From contig JAPSGB010000019.1 in NCBI GenBank assembly GCA_035063585.1, forward strand, positions 1-64,000: DNA of 64,000 nt. The letters run 5' to 3'. The notes beneath the pieces were generated by a model. The model saw only the letters and a list, made by a program, of their open reading frames with translations. It had not been told where the DNA came from and made no database searches. Below, in pieces: positions 19,800 through 29,423 of this stretch (position 1 is its first letter; the number at the start of each line of letters is the position of its first letter). This stretch comes from Polyangiaceae bacterium (GTDB taxonomy: Bacteria > Myxococcota_A > Polyangia > Polyangiales > Polyangiaceae). The position numbers were made by a program, and so were the translations under genes.

Positions 19800-22700
19800 G
19801 AGGGCTCGACGCTACCTTGAGGCGAGCCGGCGCGCACGGATTTCTTAGCGGATTCCGCGAGATGATCGGCTCGCGCCCGGGCTCCATCCACCGTCGCGAG
19901 CAAGCGCGCGATGGGCGGCCGCGCGATGAAGCTGCGGCGAAGCTCGGGCACATGGATCGCCTGGAGCTGCTCGAGCACGCTGCCGACCGCGCGCTCGCAC
20001 ACGGACTGCGCGCGCGGAGAGCCTGCCTGGAGGAGCGCGTCGCAGCAGAGCCCGCGCGTCTCGAGCGCGTACTCGGAGCCTTGCACCGTCTCGATGGCGC
20101 CCATCGCGGTCATCGCGAGGAGGATGCCGGTGTGCTGCTCGCCGATGTCGACGCGCGCGGCGGCCTCGACCGCCAGCGCATAGAAGTGGTAGGCGACGTA
20201 CGCCTGCGCCTCGGCGGCCTGACGCGCGTCGAACGCGTACATCACCGCGGAGCCCGAGTCGCCGGTAGCGCGAGCGAGGAGCGCGCGCATGATCTTCTCG
20301 TGAACCGAGTCGTAGGCGCTGCCGGTGACGGCGATGAGCGCCCCCGCGTCCCCGACCAAGGTGTCGGCGGCGGCCACGTCGCCCACCTCGAGCAGGACCT
20401 CCGCCGTCGCGAGCAGCGTGTCGGCGCGAGCGTCCTGATCACCGTAGCGCTGGTGTGCCTCGCGAGCACGAGCGAGGTAGGCTTGCCCGCGCTCGACGTC
20501 GCCGAGCCGCGCGTAGCTCTGCCCGATGTTGGAGAGCGTCTTTGCGATCTGGAAGCGGCCGCCGATGGCGAGATCGATACGGATGGCGTCGAGGGCGAGC
20601 GCGATGGCGTCTTCGTAGCGGCCCATGACGAACAGCGCGAACGCGAGCGAGTTCTTGGCGCGCGCCTCCATTCGTCGCGCGCCGACCTGCTTGAAGATCG
20701 CGATGGCCTCTGCGTGCGCCTCGATGGCCTCGTCCACGCGCCCCACCCGGCGCAGGAGCGTACCCCGCGCGCGCAGCACGTCGGCGTGTTCCCAAGCCGA
20801 GACGGTCCCCCGCGAGGTCGTCTCCAGGGCTCGGTCGCAGGCGGAGAGCGCCCCCTGCATGTCCCCGAGATCGCGGAGCATCTCGGCCATGAGCAGCTCC
20901 GCTTGGATCTCGAGCGACGGTGACCCAGATTGGCGCGCGACCTGCTCGGCGCGCTGCGCGGACGAGAGCCCCCGCGCGAGGTGCCCCGCGTCGAGATCGA
21001 GGCGCGCGGTGCGGAGCAGCGCGGTCGCGACCCAGCGCGGCTTGCCGCTCAGCTTGGCGAGTCGCCGGAGCGCGGTCAGGTGCTTTCGTCGCTCGCTCCA
21101 GCGACCCTGGATTCGGCAGATGGCCTCCACCGCCTCGTGCGCCTCGAGCCGACGGAGGTCATCCTCCGGCAGGAGCGAGAGCGCGCGCCGGTAGTAGCGC
21201 GCGGAGAGCTGCGTCTGGTAGCTCGCGCGGGCGGCGGACGCGGCCTTCAAGTAGTGCTCGGCGGCGCGCTCATGATCCATCCCGCGCGCGAAGTGGCGGC
21301 CCACGATCGCCGCGGTCAGCCCCTCCGCGAGCGGCGTCCCGGCCAGGTACTCCCCGAGCTTCTTGTGCATACGCACCCGGTCGGCCCGATGGAGCGCGAG
21401 GTGCGCGACGTCGCGGGTGAGCGGATGACGAACATCGACCACGTCGCCCTTGAGGTCGCAGAGCCCGCGCGCGCAGAGCCGCGCCACCGCGTCGTCGCAG
21501 CTGCCACCCACCAGTGTGGTCAGCTCGGTCACGGGGAGCGGTCCGCCCGCGACCGCGAGCCACTCGACGATGACCTGCTCTTCCGGGGGGAGCTCGGCGA
21601 GGCGGTCCGCGATGAGCTGTTCGAGCGTCGAAGGGAGCGGCTGGGCCGTCTCCCCGTCTCGCTCCACGCGGGCGAGCTCCGTCTTGCCGTCGGCATGCTC
21701 GCGCAGCTCGAGCGAGCCGCGCTCGAGGAGCGCATCGACCATCTCGAGCAGGAAGAACGGATTGCCGGCGGCCCGCGGCAGCAGATCGGCGCACACCTGC
21801 GCGACCCCCTCGGTCGCGCCGAGGCGAGCCTGGAGCAGGCGGATCTGGTTGTCGGAGCTCAGCCCCTTCAGCTCGATCCGGACCAGGCCATCCACCAGCG
21901 GCGCGATGCGGTCATCGGGGCGCATCGCGAGGAGCGCGAGCACGGGCAGCGGATCGGCGCGACGAACCAGCTCGGACACCAACTCCAGGCTCGGGCGATC
22001 ACTCCACTGGATCCCGTCGATGAGGACGACCAGCGGCGCCTCCACCGCGGCGCGCGCAAAGAAGCGCCGGACGCCGCTCGCGACCAAGCGCCGGTGGTGG
22101 GCGACGTCCGCCTCGTCGTGGGCGAGCGCGGCCCTTCCCGTGGCGAGCTCGGCCATGCTCGCCACGATCTCGGCGCCGTGGTCGCCCGACGCGAAGTCGC
22201 CGAGCAGCTCTACGATCCGCTGGCTCGCCTCCTCGATGCTGCGGTTGGTGTCGAGCCCGGTGAGCTCGCGTATCCACTCGGCCACGTTCGAGAAGGGCAC
22301 CTCGCTCCTCGCAGGCGAACACTCGATCCGCAAGATCCGCGCGTCCGGTGGGAGCTCGGCGAGGAAGGCGGACGCCAGCGCGGTCTTGCCGATCCCGAGC
22401 TCGCCCACGATGACTCGAGCCGTGATCTGCCCGAGCCCGCCGCCGGCCGCGGGGGGCGTCACGGCGCGGTGGTAGGCAGCCTGGAGGTCGGCCAGCTCGG
22501 CGTCACGCCCGATCAAATCGCTCGGCGCGAGCGCCATCTCCTCGAGCTTCTCCTCGCGGGTGAGCGGGCGGAGGAGCGCGTAGATCCGCATGTTCTTCGG
22601 GAGGTTGCGCGCTTCGTCGAGCTCCACCGTGGGCGCGTCGCCCCAAATGAAGTCGCGCCGCACGAGCCGATAGAGTCCGCCGGCTACCCAGGTCGCGCCA

Positions 22701-24232
22701 TCCGGCGCGCGGCCGCCGAGCAACCCCGAGAGGTACTCGGCGGCGCCCTGGAGTTGGTGATCGATGAGATGTCCGGCGGCGTCGCGATGCCCGGTAGCGA
22801 TGCCGCGCACGATGCCCACGCTGGCTCTCAGCGGGACCGGCAGATGATCGCACGCGCCCTGGATGGCCTCGTGGACATCGACCGCGAGCCAGGCCGCATC
22901 CGCCGCGGCGCGAGCCGGGTTCGCGAGCAAGCCGACCACCGCGCGCGCGGTGTTTCCGTCCCACGTCCAGCGGGCGCCGTGCTTGAAGGCGAGCTCGTCG
23001 AAGATGGCGCGGAGCTGCTCGAGGAAGCTGCGCGCGGCGCCCTCGCCCAGGGCCGCCTCCAGCTCCGCGGCGCCGTTCAGGTTCATGCTCACCACCGCGA
23101 CGTGACGAACCTCCCGGCCCTCGCGACCCCGCACCCCGAGCCCGCGCATGGCCTGCCCCGTACCGGTCTGCTCATCGCGCCACTCCTCCGCGGCGCCGGC
23201 CGTGCCGGGGTGCGCCGGGACCTCACCGGCGGCCTCTGCCGGCGTGCCATGCGCCGAGGTCGCCGGGGGCAGAGGCACGCCCGGCGAGGTGCGTTCGCGC
23301 CCGATCAGCTCGCTCAGGACCGACTCGAGGACGTGCGAGTCCACGAGCTGCTGCTTCTGAAACAAGGCGCGCGTGATCGACGCCGCCAGCTCGCGCGCGG
23401 TTGGGAAGCGGTCCTCTCGATCACGCGCGAGCGCGCGCATCACGACGACCTCGAGCTCGCCGGGGACGTCGCGGACGAACGTGCTCGGCGGCTCGACCTG
23501 ACCCACCCGCACGGCGTCGAGCAACTCGGAGCCCTCCGCCGCCCCGTGGAGCGCGCGCCCGGTGAGGAGCTCGTGGAACACCACGCCGAGCGAGTAGACG
23601 TCGGTGCGTCGATCGACCCGCTCGCCTCGTGCCTGCTCGGGCGACATGTACGCCGTCTTTCCCTTGAGGACCCCCGGCTCCTCACGAAACAGGTTCGCGC
23701 TCGCGATCCCGAAGTCCGCGATTTTGACTGCCCCCTCGTAGGAGACGAGCACGTTCTGAGGCGACACGTCGCGGTGAACGATGTCGAGCGGCGCGCCGCC
23801 TTCGTCCTTCCGTTCGTGGGCGTAGTGCAGCCCCTTGGCGACCTCCGCGATGATGTGGGCGGCAACGAACGGCGGAATGCGCGTACCCCGCGCCTGCGCG
23901 GCGCGCATGACCTTCCGCAGATCGGGCCCCTCGACGTATTCCATGCTGAGGAGCTGACCCTCGTCGCCGTAGTCCTGAAAATCGTAGACTTGGACGATGT
24001 TGGGGTGGTTCAGCCGCGTCGCGAGCTGCGCCTCCTCGGCGAACATCGCGCGAAAGCGCCGCGACGACCCGTGCGCCGGCAGGATGCGCTTCACGACGAG
24101 GAGCTTGAAGGTGCCCTCGGCGCCCTGCTTCTTGGCGAGAAACACCTCGGCCATCCCTCCGACCCCGAGGCGTCGGAGGATCTCGAATTCGGCGAGCCGC
24201 TCCGGCACCGGTCTGGCTGACGGCTCGCTCAT
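19796..24232 (-). CDS. Ser/Thr kinase - degenerate class III cyclase-like domain - STAND ATPase - TPR protein
   Basis: GVGGMAEV, HRDVSPQN, DFG, YMSPEQ; LIGRDAEL, Walker A GELGIGKT, AAGNPFFL; MalT-like TPRs. Confidence 0.92.
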   Translation of the reverse strand: MSEPSARPVPERLAEFEILRRLGVGGMAEVFLAKKQGAEGTFKLLVVKRILPAHGSSRRFRAMFAEEAQLATRLNHPNIVQVYDFQDYGDEGQLLSMEYVEGPDLRKVMRAAQARGTRIPPFVAAHIIAEVAKGLHYAHERKDEGGAPLDIVHRDVSPQNVLVSYEGAVKIADFGIASANLFREEPGVLKGKTAYMSPEQARGERVDRRTDVYSLGVVFHELLTGRALHGAAEGSELLDAVRVGQVEPPSTFVRDVPGELEVVVMRALARDREDRFPTARELAASITRALFQKQQLVDSHVLESVLSELIGRERTSPGVPLPPATSAHGTPAEAAGEVPAHPGTAGAAEEWRDEQTGTGQAMRGLGVRGREGREVRHVAVVSMNLNGAAELEAALGEGAARSFLEQLRAIFDELAFKHGARWTWDGNTARAVVGLLANPARAAADAAWLAVDVHEAIQGACDHLPVPLRASVGIVRGIATGHRDAAGHLIDHQLQGAAEYLSGLLGGRAPDGATWVAGGLYRLVRRDFIWGDAPTVELDEARNLPKNMRIYALLRPLTREEKLEEMALAPSDLIGRDAELADLQAAYHRAVTPPAAGGGLGQITARVIVGELGIGKTALASAFLAELPPDARILRIECSPARSEVPFSNVAEWIRELTGLDTNRSIEEASQRIVELLGDFASGDHGAEIVASMAELATGRAALAHDEADVAHHRRLVASGVRRFFARAAVEAPLVVLIDGIQWSDRPSLELVSELVRRADPLPVLALLAMRPDDRIAPLVDGLVRIELKGLSSDNQIRLLQARLGATEGVAQVCADLLPRAAGNPFFLLEMVDALLERGSLELREHADGKTELARVERDGETAQPLPSTLEQLIADRLAELPPEEQVIVEWLAVAGGPLPVTELTTLVGGSCDDAVARLCARGLCDLKGDVVDVRHPLTRDVAHLALHRADRVRMHKKLGEYLAGTPLAEGLTAAIVGRHFARGMDHERAAEHYLKAASAARASYQTQLSARYYRRALSLLPEDDLRRLEAHEAVEAICRIQGRWSERRKHLTALRRLAKLSGKPRWVATALLRTARLDLDAGHLARGLSSAQRAEQVARQSGSPSLEIQAELLMAEMLRDLGDMQGALSACDRALETTSRGTVSAWEHADVLRARGTLLRRVGRVDEAIEAHAEAIAIFKQVGARRMEARAKNSLAFALFVMGRYEDAIALALDAIRIDLAIGGRFQIAKTLSNIGQSYARLGDVERGQAYLARAREAHQRYGDQDARADTLLATAEVLLEVGDVAAADTLVGDAGALIAVTGSAYDSVHEKIMRALLARATGDSGSAVMYAFDARQAAEAQAYVAYHFYALAVEAAARVDIGEQHTGILLAMTAMGAIETVQGSEYALETRGLCCDALLQAGSPRAQSVCERAVGSVLEQLQAIHVPELRRSFIARPPIARLLATVDGARARADHLAESAKKSVRAGSPQGSVEPS

Positions 24233-24349
24233 CGCTTGCTTCGGCCCCCTCCGGCCTTCGACCCGACGTCCTCAGGCATCCGCCCCCCGACCATACAAGA
24301 TGCGCGAGCGCCCGTGCACCCGACCCGAGGGAGTGTAGACTGCCGGGCC

Positions 24350-26560
24350 ATGAGACGCCTCCTGGCGGCGGCCGCGGTCGTCCTGACGGCCTCCGCGGTG
24401 GGCTGCGGACCCTCGCGGGCAGCCCGGCCCCAGACCCCCTCTGCCCTGACCGGCCCGGTGAACCCGGTCACGGTCGACGACGCGGCGTTCGCGAGCAGCA
24501 CCTATCGTATCCTCCTCTCGAGCGACCACGACCCCAAGCGGCGGGATCTCCTCGTCGGCGTGGTGCGGCGCCAGCTCGTCCGCGCGGACCAGCGCTTCCA
24601 GAGCGGCCACACCGCCGCTGGCCTCGCGGCCCTGACCGGAGCGTTCTATCTGCTACGCGCCGGCGAGCTCGACCCGGCCATGCTCACGGGCGGGGCGCCG
24701 GCGCTCGCGGCGGGCGCGACCGAGGTGGCGCGGGTCGGTGACGAGGGTCGCGCGCTCGCCTTCTACGGCATGCTCCGGAGCGTGCTCGGGCCCGGGCCCG
24801 AGCGCGACCAGATCGACGCGCACCTCGCCGCGATCGAGAGCTACCGCAGCGCGACGCGGAGCAGCGGTCCGATGCAGGCGGCCGGCGCGCGGCAGCGCGT
24901 GGAGCTCACGCGCGCGCTGGTCGAGCCGACCCGCGCCACGCTCGACGCCGCGCGAGACTCGACCGTGGCCTGGCTCGAGCTCGCACGGTCGCAAGGCACG
25001 GAAGAGATGCCGGTGCGGTCGACCTTCGAGCGTGACGAGGCGGTCGAGACGTACCGCGCGCTCCGCGCGGGGGCCGCGACGCTCATCGCGCTCTACCTGA
25101 GAAACGGCGATCCCGGTGGCGCCCTCGACACCTTCGACGGCCACGATCTCGATCGCATGTTACCGCCACCGCTCCGCGATCGGCTCGAGCGCGCGGCGCG
25201 CGACGACGATCCGTCCGCGTGGGACGATCTCTTTCACTTGTTCGACGGCTCCGAGCTCTCATCGCAACCCGACACCGGCCTCGACGAGGGGCTCGCTCGA
25301 GCGGCCGCTTGGGGCGCGGCGCTCGAGCTGTACCGGAGTCAGCCGAGCTCGGCGCGCGCGGCGGCGCCGCTCGCCGAGCAGCTCCTCGACTACGGCATGG
25401 CGGAGGTCGCGCCCGCGGTGATGCTGGGCGCGCTCGGCGTGAAGCCCTCCGCGCAAGAGCTCTCCTGGGGGATGGCGCTGCTCCTGAAGGCGATGATTTC
25501 GGAGGACGAGTCGGGTGAGCACGCCGCCGCGCACCGCGCCTTCGACGCCGGCCGCCCACTCCTGGCGCTCGCCGAGTCGAGGGACTATGCCGGAAAGGTG
25601 CGTCCGAGCGCGGCGCGACTCCGCTACGCGATGGGGGTGCTCGACGCCGGAGCCGGCGATCTCGATCGGGCGCGTCCGGAGCTCGAGCTGGCGACGCGCG
25701 CCGAGCCCTCGTTCGAGGCTCATGCCCTACTCGCGCGCATCGATCGCCAACGCGGGGCGCTCGACGCGGCGCTCACCTCGCTCACCGCGGCGGCGCGGCT
25801 GGCACGTGACGAGTCGATGCCCGCCGCAGAGGCGGAGGCCGAGCTCGGGCGCTTCGAGGTGCTGCGCGACCAAGGTAAGCTCACCGAGGCCAAGGGGGCG
25901 CTCGACACCGCGCTCCGGCGCGCGCTCGACGCGCGCCAGCTCGCGCCGACCAGCGTCGCGCTGGCTCAGTCGGAGCGTTTCCTCGCGCGCACCCTCGAGG
26001 CCTACGGTGACCAGGCCGCCGCGCGGCGGGCGACCCAGCGCGCGCTCGATGCGGCGCGTAGCGAGTCGCGCGAGCTCACCGCGACCGTGATCGACGCCGC
26101 GCGGCGAGCGCTCTCGACGGGCGATCTCCGCGAGGGCCGGGCGGCGCTCCGCCGCGGAATCGACTCGAACTTGGGGGCCGACGATCTCATCTACGCGGCG
26201 CTCTGGCTCAAGTTCCTGGAGGCGAGGCTCCACGTCGCGCCGAGCAGCATGGTCGACGAGGCCCTCGGCGCCACCGACGGCGCGTCGAGCTGGCCGGCCA
26301 AGCTGGCAGCGTGGTCGCGCGGTAAGCTCACCGACGACGAGCTCACGCGCGCCGCGCGGACGCTCGGGCAGGAGACGGAGGCGCGGTTTTACCGGGCGAT
26401 GGCGCGCGGGGCGGGCGCCGAGGCGACGGCGGAGCTCGAGGAGGTGGCCCGGAGCCGCGCCATCGAGCTCGTCGAGGTGATGATCGCGAGAGAGCTGGTC
26501 CGCCGCGCGAAGAGCGGCGCGGCCGTCTTCGAGCTTCCGAAAGACGTCACGATCCCGTAA
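24350..26560 (+). CDS. Large helical/TPR-like lipoprotein
   Basis: ATG 24350; lipobox-like MRRLLAAAAVVLTASAVGC; TPR-like helices. Confidence 0.8.
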   Translation: MRRLLAAAAVVLTASAVGCGPSRAARPQTPSALTGPVNPVTVDDAAFASSTYRILLSSDHDPKRRDLLVGVVRRQLVRADQRFQSGHTAAGLAALTGAFYLLRAGELDPAMLTGGAPALAAGATEVARVGDEGRALAFYGMLRSVLGPGPERDQIDAHLAAIESYRSATRSSGPMQAAGARQRVELTRALVEPTRATLDAARDSTVAWLELARSQGTEEMPVRSTFERDEAVETYRALRAGAATLIALYLRNGDPGGALDTFDGHDLDRMLPPPLRDRLERAARDDDPSAWDDLFHLFDGSELSSQPDTGLDEGLARAAAWGAALELYRSQPSSARAAAPLAEQLLDYGMAEVAPAVMLGALGVKPSAQELSWGMALLLKAMISEDESGEHAAAHRAFDAGRPLLALAESRDYAGKVRPSAARLRYAMGVLDAGAGDLDRARPELELATRAEPSFEAHALLARIDRQRGALDAALTSLTAAARLARDESMPAAEAEAELGRFEVLRDQGKLTEAKGALDTALRRALDARQLAPTSVALAQSERFLARTLEAYGDQAAARRATQRALDAARSESRELTATVIDAARRALSTGDLREGRAALRRGIDSNLGADDLIYAALWLKFLEARLHVAPSSMVDEALGATDGASSWPAKLAAWSRGKLTDDELTRAARTLGQETEARFYRAMARGAGAEATAELEEVARSRAIELVEVMIARELVRRAKSGAAVFELPKDVTIP

Positions 26561-26992
26561 ATGGGTTGCGTCATGATGGGAAGACTCGAGGTCGCGCTCG
26601 CCGGCCTCCTCGCCGTGGTCGGTGCAGCCTGCGGCGGCGGCCCGGCGTCACCCTCGAACGCGCCGGTCGCCGCGCCACCCTCCAGCCCGAGCCCGGTTGG
26701 CGCCGGGCTCGAGCGCGACGAGGTGGTGTCGGTGGTGCGGGGCGAGCATCAGGGGATCGCGGCGTGCGCGGCGCTCGCGAGCTCCGCCGCCGAGGCGGGT
26801 GTCATCGAGATCTCCTGGACGATCACGTCCGCCGGGTCCGTCACGGGCGCGAGCGTCACCGACTCGAGCTTCCCCGAGCCGGCGGTCGCCGACTGCGTGC
26901 TCCGCGCGGTGGAGCGCCTGAAGTTCCCGACCGCGACCGCGGAGACGCCGGCGACCTGGCGCTACCGCTTCGGGCGCCCGAGCGGAGGCTGA
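26561..26992 (+). CDS. Lipoprotein with AgmX/PglI (TonB-C-like) C-terminal domain
   Basis: VGAAC lipobox; IAAC...GVIEISWTITSAGSV...VADCVLRAVERLKFP...YRF pattern. Confidence 0.8.
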   Translation: MGCVMMGRLEVALAGLLAVVGAACGGGPASPSNAPVAAPPSSPSPVGAGLERDEVVSVVRGEHQGIAACAALASSAAEAGVIEISWTITSAGSVTGASVTDSSFPEPAVADCVLRAVERLKFPTATAETPATWRYRFGRPSGG

Positions 26993-26995
26993 GCC

Positions 26996-27403
26996 TCAGC
27001 TACCGTGGGGCTTCCGACCGAGCAGGCGCGCCGCCAGGTGCTCCCCGAGCTCGGCGATCAAGAGCCGCTCGGCGGCGGCCTCCTTGCCGTATCGCTCCGC
27101 GTCGTCCTCGTACATGAATTCGATGCCCATCCCCGCCGGATTCCCCGGGCTGGCGTCGCCCGGCTGCGTCGTCCACATGACCTTCCCCTTCAGCTTGAGG
27201 GGCTCGCCGAGGTTCGGGACACCGAGCGCGAACATGAACTCGGTCCCGACGGGCAGCGGCTTCTCGGTGACGATGAAGGTGCCGCCGCGCGAGATGTTCT
27301 TGGTGTAGTCCGCGAAGAAGGTGTTGAGCCGGCGGTACTCGACCTTGAGCTCGATCGGCGCGCGGTCGTGCACCCGGCGGTCGTCGTTATCCTCCGGGGC
27401 CAT
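26996..27403 (-). CDS. Stand-alone PilZ-domain protein (TIGR02266, PlpA-like)
   Basis: RRVHDR (RxxxR), NISRGG (D/NxSxxG), GMGIEF. Confidence 0.9.
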   Translation of the reverse strand: MAPEDNDDRRVHDRAPIELKVEYRRLNTFFADYTKNISRGGTFIVTEKPLPVGTEFMFALGVPNLGEPLKLKGKVMWTTQPGDASPGNPAGMGIEFMYEDDAERYGKEAAAERLLIAELGEHLAARLLGRKPHGS

Positions 27404-27486
27404 GTTGGCGGTAGGTTAGTCGGGCCGGGGCGCGCGGGCCAAGCCCCCGGGAGCCGCCCCGAGCCTGCCGTGGTAGACAGGGCGCC

Positions 27487-28578
27487 GTGCGAGATCCGTA
27501 CGAGGTGCTCGGCGTGAGCCGCGACGCCGCGGAGTCAGAGATCCGCGCCGCCTTCCGCAAGCTCGCCACCCAACACCACCCGGATCGGAACCCGGACGAC
27601 CCGACCGCCCAGGAGCGCTTCAAGGAGGCGAACGCCGCATACCAGATCCTCTCCGATCCGGAGCGGCGCGCGGCCTACGACCGCTACGGCGGGGCGGCGT
27701 TCGAGCCGGGCGGCGCCGCGCCCGGCGTGGGCTTCGTCGATCTCGGCGGGCTCGACGGCATCTTCGGGGACATTTTCGGCGCCTTCGGCGTAAAGACCGG
27801 CGATCGCGGCGACCTCCGGGCGCGGCTCCGCATCACCTTCCAGGAGGCCGCCACCGGCGCCACCAAGGACCTGAGCTACACGCGCGCCGATCTCTGCGAG
27901 CGGTGCCGCGGCGACGGAGGAGAGCCCGGCACCGCGATCACCACCTGCGGCGCATGTCACGGCAGCGGCCGGGTGCGCTTCCAGCAAGCCCTCTTTCCGA
28001 TCCCGGTCGAGCGCGCCTGCTCGCGCTGCCGCGGGTCCGGGAGGATCCCCGCTACGCCGTGCGGCGCATGCCGGGGGAGCGGTCTCGTCGAGCACCAGCG
28101 CACCATCGAGGTGGCGATCCCCGCCGGCGTCGAGGATGGCTCCACGCGGCTGGTGGAGCACGGCGGCAGTCGGGCGCGCCCCGATCGCCCAGCGGGCGAC
28201 CTCGAGATAGCCATCGAGGTGGCGCCGCACCCCATCTTTCAGCGTTCCGGCGACGACATCCTCTGTCGCGTGCCCATCACCTTCGCGCAGGCCGCGCTCG
28301 GCGGGGAGGTCGAGGTGCCGACCCTCGACGGCAAGGTGAAGTTGCGCGTCCCGCCGTCGACCCAGCCGGGCAGCGTGCTCAAGCTCCGCGGCAAGGGCGT
28401 CCCGCATCGCCTGCGCGGCGGGCGCGGCGATCAGCTGATCGAGGTCTCCGTCGAGGTCCCGACCGAGCTCACCGCTCGCGCCCGCGAGCTGCTCGAGGAG
28501 CTCGCGAAGGAGCTCGGCGAGGACGTCCAGCCGCAGCGACGCACCTTCGTCGAGAAGCTGAAGAGCTTGTTCGAGTAA
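27487..28578 (+). CDS. dnaJ: Class A J-domain chaperone DnaJ
   Basis: DPYEVLGV, HHPDRN, four CxxCxGxG repeats, C-terminal ITFAQAALGGEVEVPTLDG. Confidence 0.95.
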   Translation: MRDPYEVLGVSRDAAESEIRAAFRKLATQHHPDRNPDDPTAQERFKEANAAYQILSDPERRAAYDRYGGAAFEPGGAAPGVGFVDLGGLDGIFGDIFGAFGVKTGDRGDLRARLRITFQEAATGATKDLSYTRADLCERCRGDGGEPGTAITTCGACHGSGRVRFQQALFPIPVERACSRCRGSGRIPATPCGACRGSGLVEHQRTIEVAIPAGVEDGSTRLVEHGGSRARPDRPAGDLEIAIEVAPHPIFQRSGDDILCRVPITFAQAALGGEVEVPTLDGKVKLRVPPSTQPGSVLKLRGKGVPHRLRGGRGDQLIEVSVEVPTELTARARELLEELAKELGEDVQPQRRTFVEKLKSLFE

Positions 28579-28579
28579 T

Positions 28580-28607
28580 ACTTTATAACGTTATTGACCA
28601 ATAAAGT
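28580..28607. promoter_or_regulatory. AT-rich nested palindrome, putative operator
   Basis: ACTTTAT/ATAAAGT arms enclosing ATAACGTTAT and TTATTG-AC-CAATAA palindromes. Confidence 0.4.
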
Positions 28608-28663
28608 GTCGAATCAGCGCTACTTTACCAGCACATTTTCCCTCGTCGAGCGGGCTCGGGGCT

Positions 28664-29383
28664 TTGCCTGATCGGCGCGGAAGCCCGCGGGCCGTGACCT
28701 TCGACGCAGGGCAGACGCTGCTCGCGCTCGACCACGAGCTGCTCGCGCGCCGGGTCGCCGAGCGCGGGGCGGTCCTCGACGCCGGCCGCGCCGCCCAGGC
28801 AACCCCCGAGGCCTGGCGCGCATACGGCCGCGCCAAGGCGCGGGGCGCCGAAGGTGCCGAGGCGTGGATGAGCTTCATGCGCGCGCTGCTCGAGCGGTCG
28901 GGCGTGGAGGCCGCGCGGCTCCCCGCGCTCGTGAGCTGGCTCTTCGAGCAGCAGCCGGAGCGAAACCTGTGGCGGAGGCCGGTGCCCGGGATGTTCGAGC
29001 TCGCCCGTGAGCTCGCCGGGCGCGGGATCCCGGTCGGCGTGCTGTCGAACTCCGAGGGGCGGCTCGAGGCGCTCATCGAGGAGCTCGGGCGGCGCGAGCC
29101 GTTCGCGTGCGTGGTCGACTCGGGGCGCCTCGGCTTCGAGAAACCAGACCGGCGGATCTTCGAGCTTACCGCGGAGCGCCTCGGCGTCACGCCCGACGCG
29201 CTCGTGCACGTGGGCGACTCCTGGGAGGCGGACGTGCGCGGCGCGCTCGGGGTCGGCGCGCGCGCGATCTGGTTCGACGCCGAGTCGGACGCGCTGCCCG
29301 GCGAGGCGCCCGAAGCGCAGGTCCGGCGCGCGCGGGACGCGGGCGAGGTCCGCGACGCGCTGCGCGCGTGGGCGCTCCTCTGA
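28664..29383 (+). CDS. HAD-superfamily hydrolase
   Basis: FDAGQTL motif I, LSNS motif II, EKPD motif III, HVGDSWEAD motif IV. Confidence 0.88.
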   Translation: MPDRRGSPRAVTFDAGQTLLALDHELLARRVAERGAVLDAGRAAQATPEAWRAYGRAKARGAEGAEAWMSFMRALLERSGVEAARLPALVSWLFEQQPERNLWRRPVPGMFELARELAGRGIPVGVLSNSEGRLEALIEELGRREPFACVVDSGRLGFEKPDRRIFELTAERLGVTPDALVHVGDSWEADVRGALGVGARAIWFDAESDALPGEAPEAQVRRARDAGEVRDALRAWALL

Positions 29384-29423
29384 ACGGTCGACCGAGCGGC
29401 CCGGGCGAGCTACCGTCGCGGCG

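Noticed and set aside
20930..24220. Long antisense ORFs (also 10502..12274, 39720..41579, 46768..48540, 58281..60383)
   Set aside because: Shadow frames of real genes caused by high GC3; no recognisable motifs.
28580..28607. dif site
   Set aside because: Length is similar, but there is no match to the XerD arm TTATGTTAAAT on either strand.
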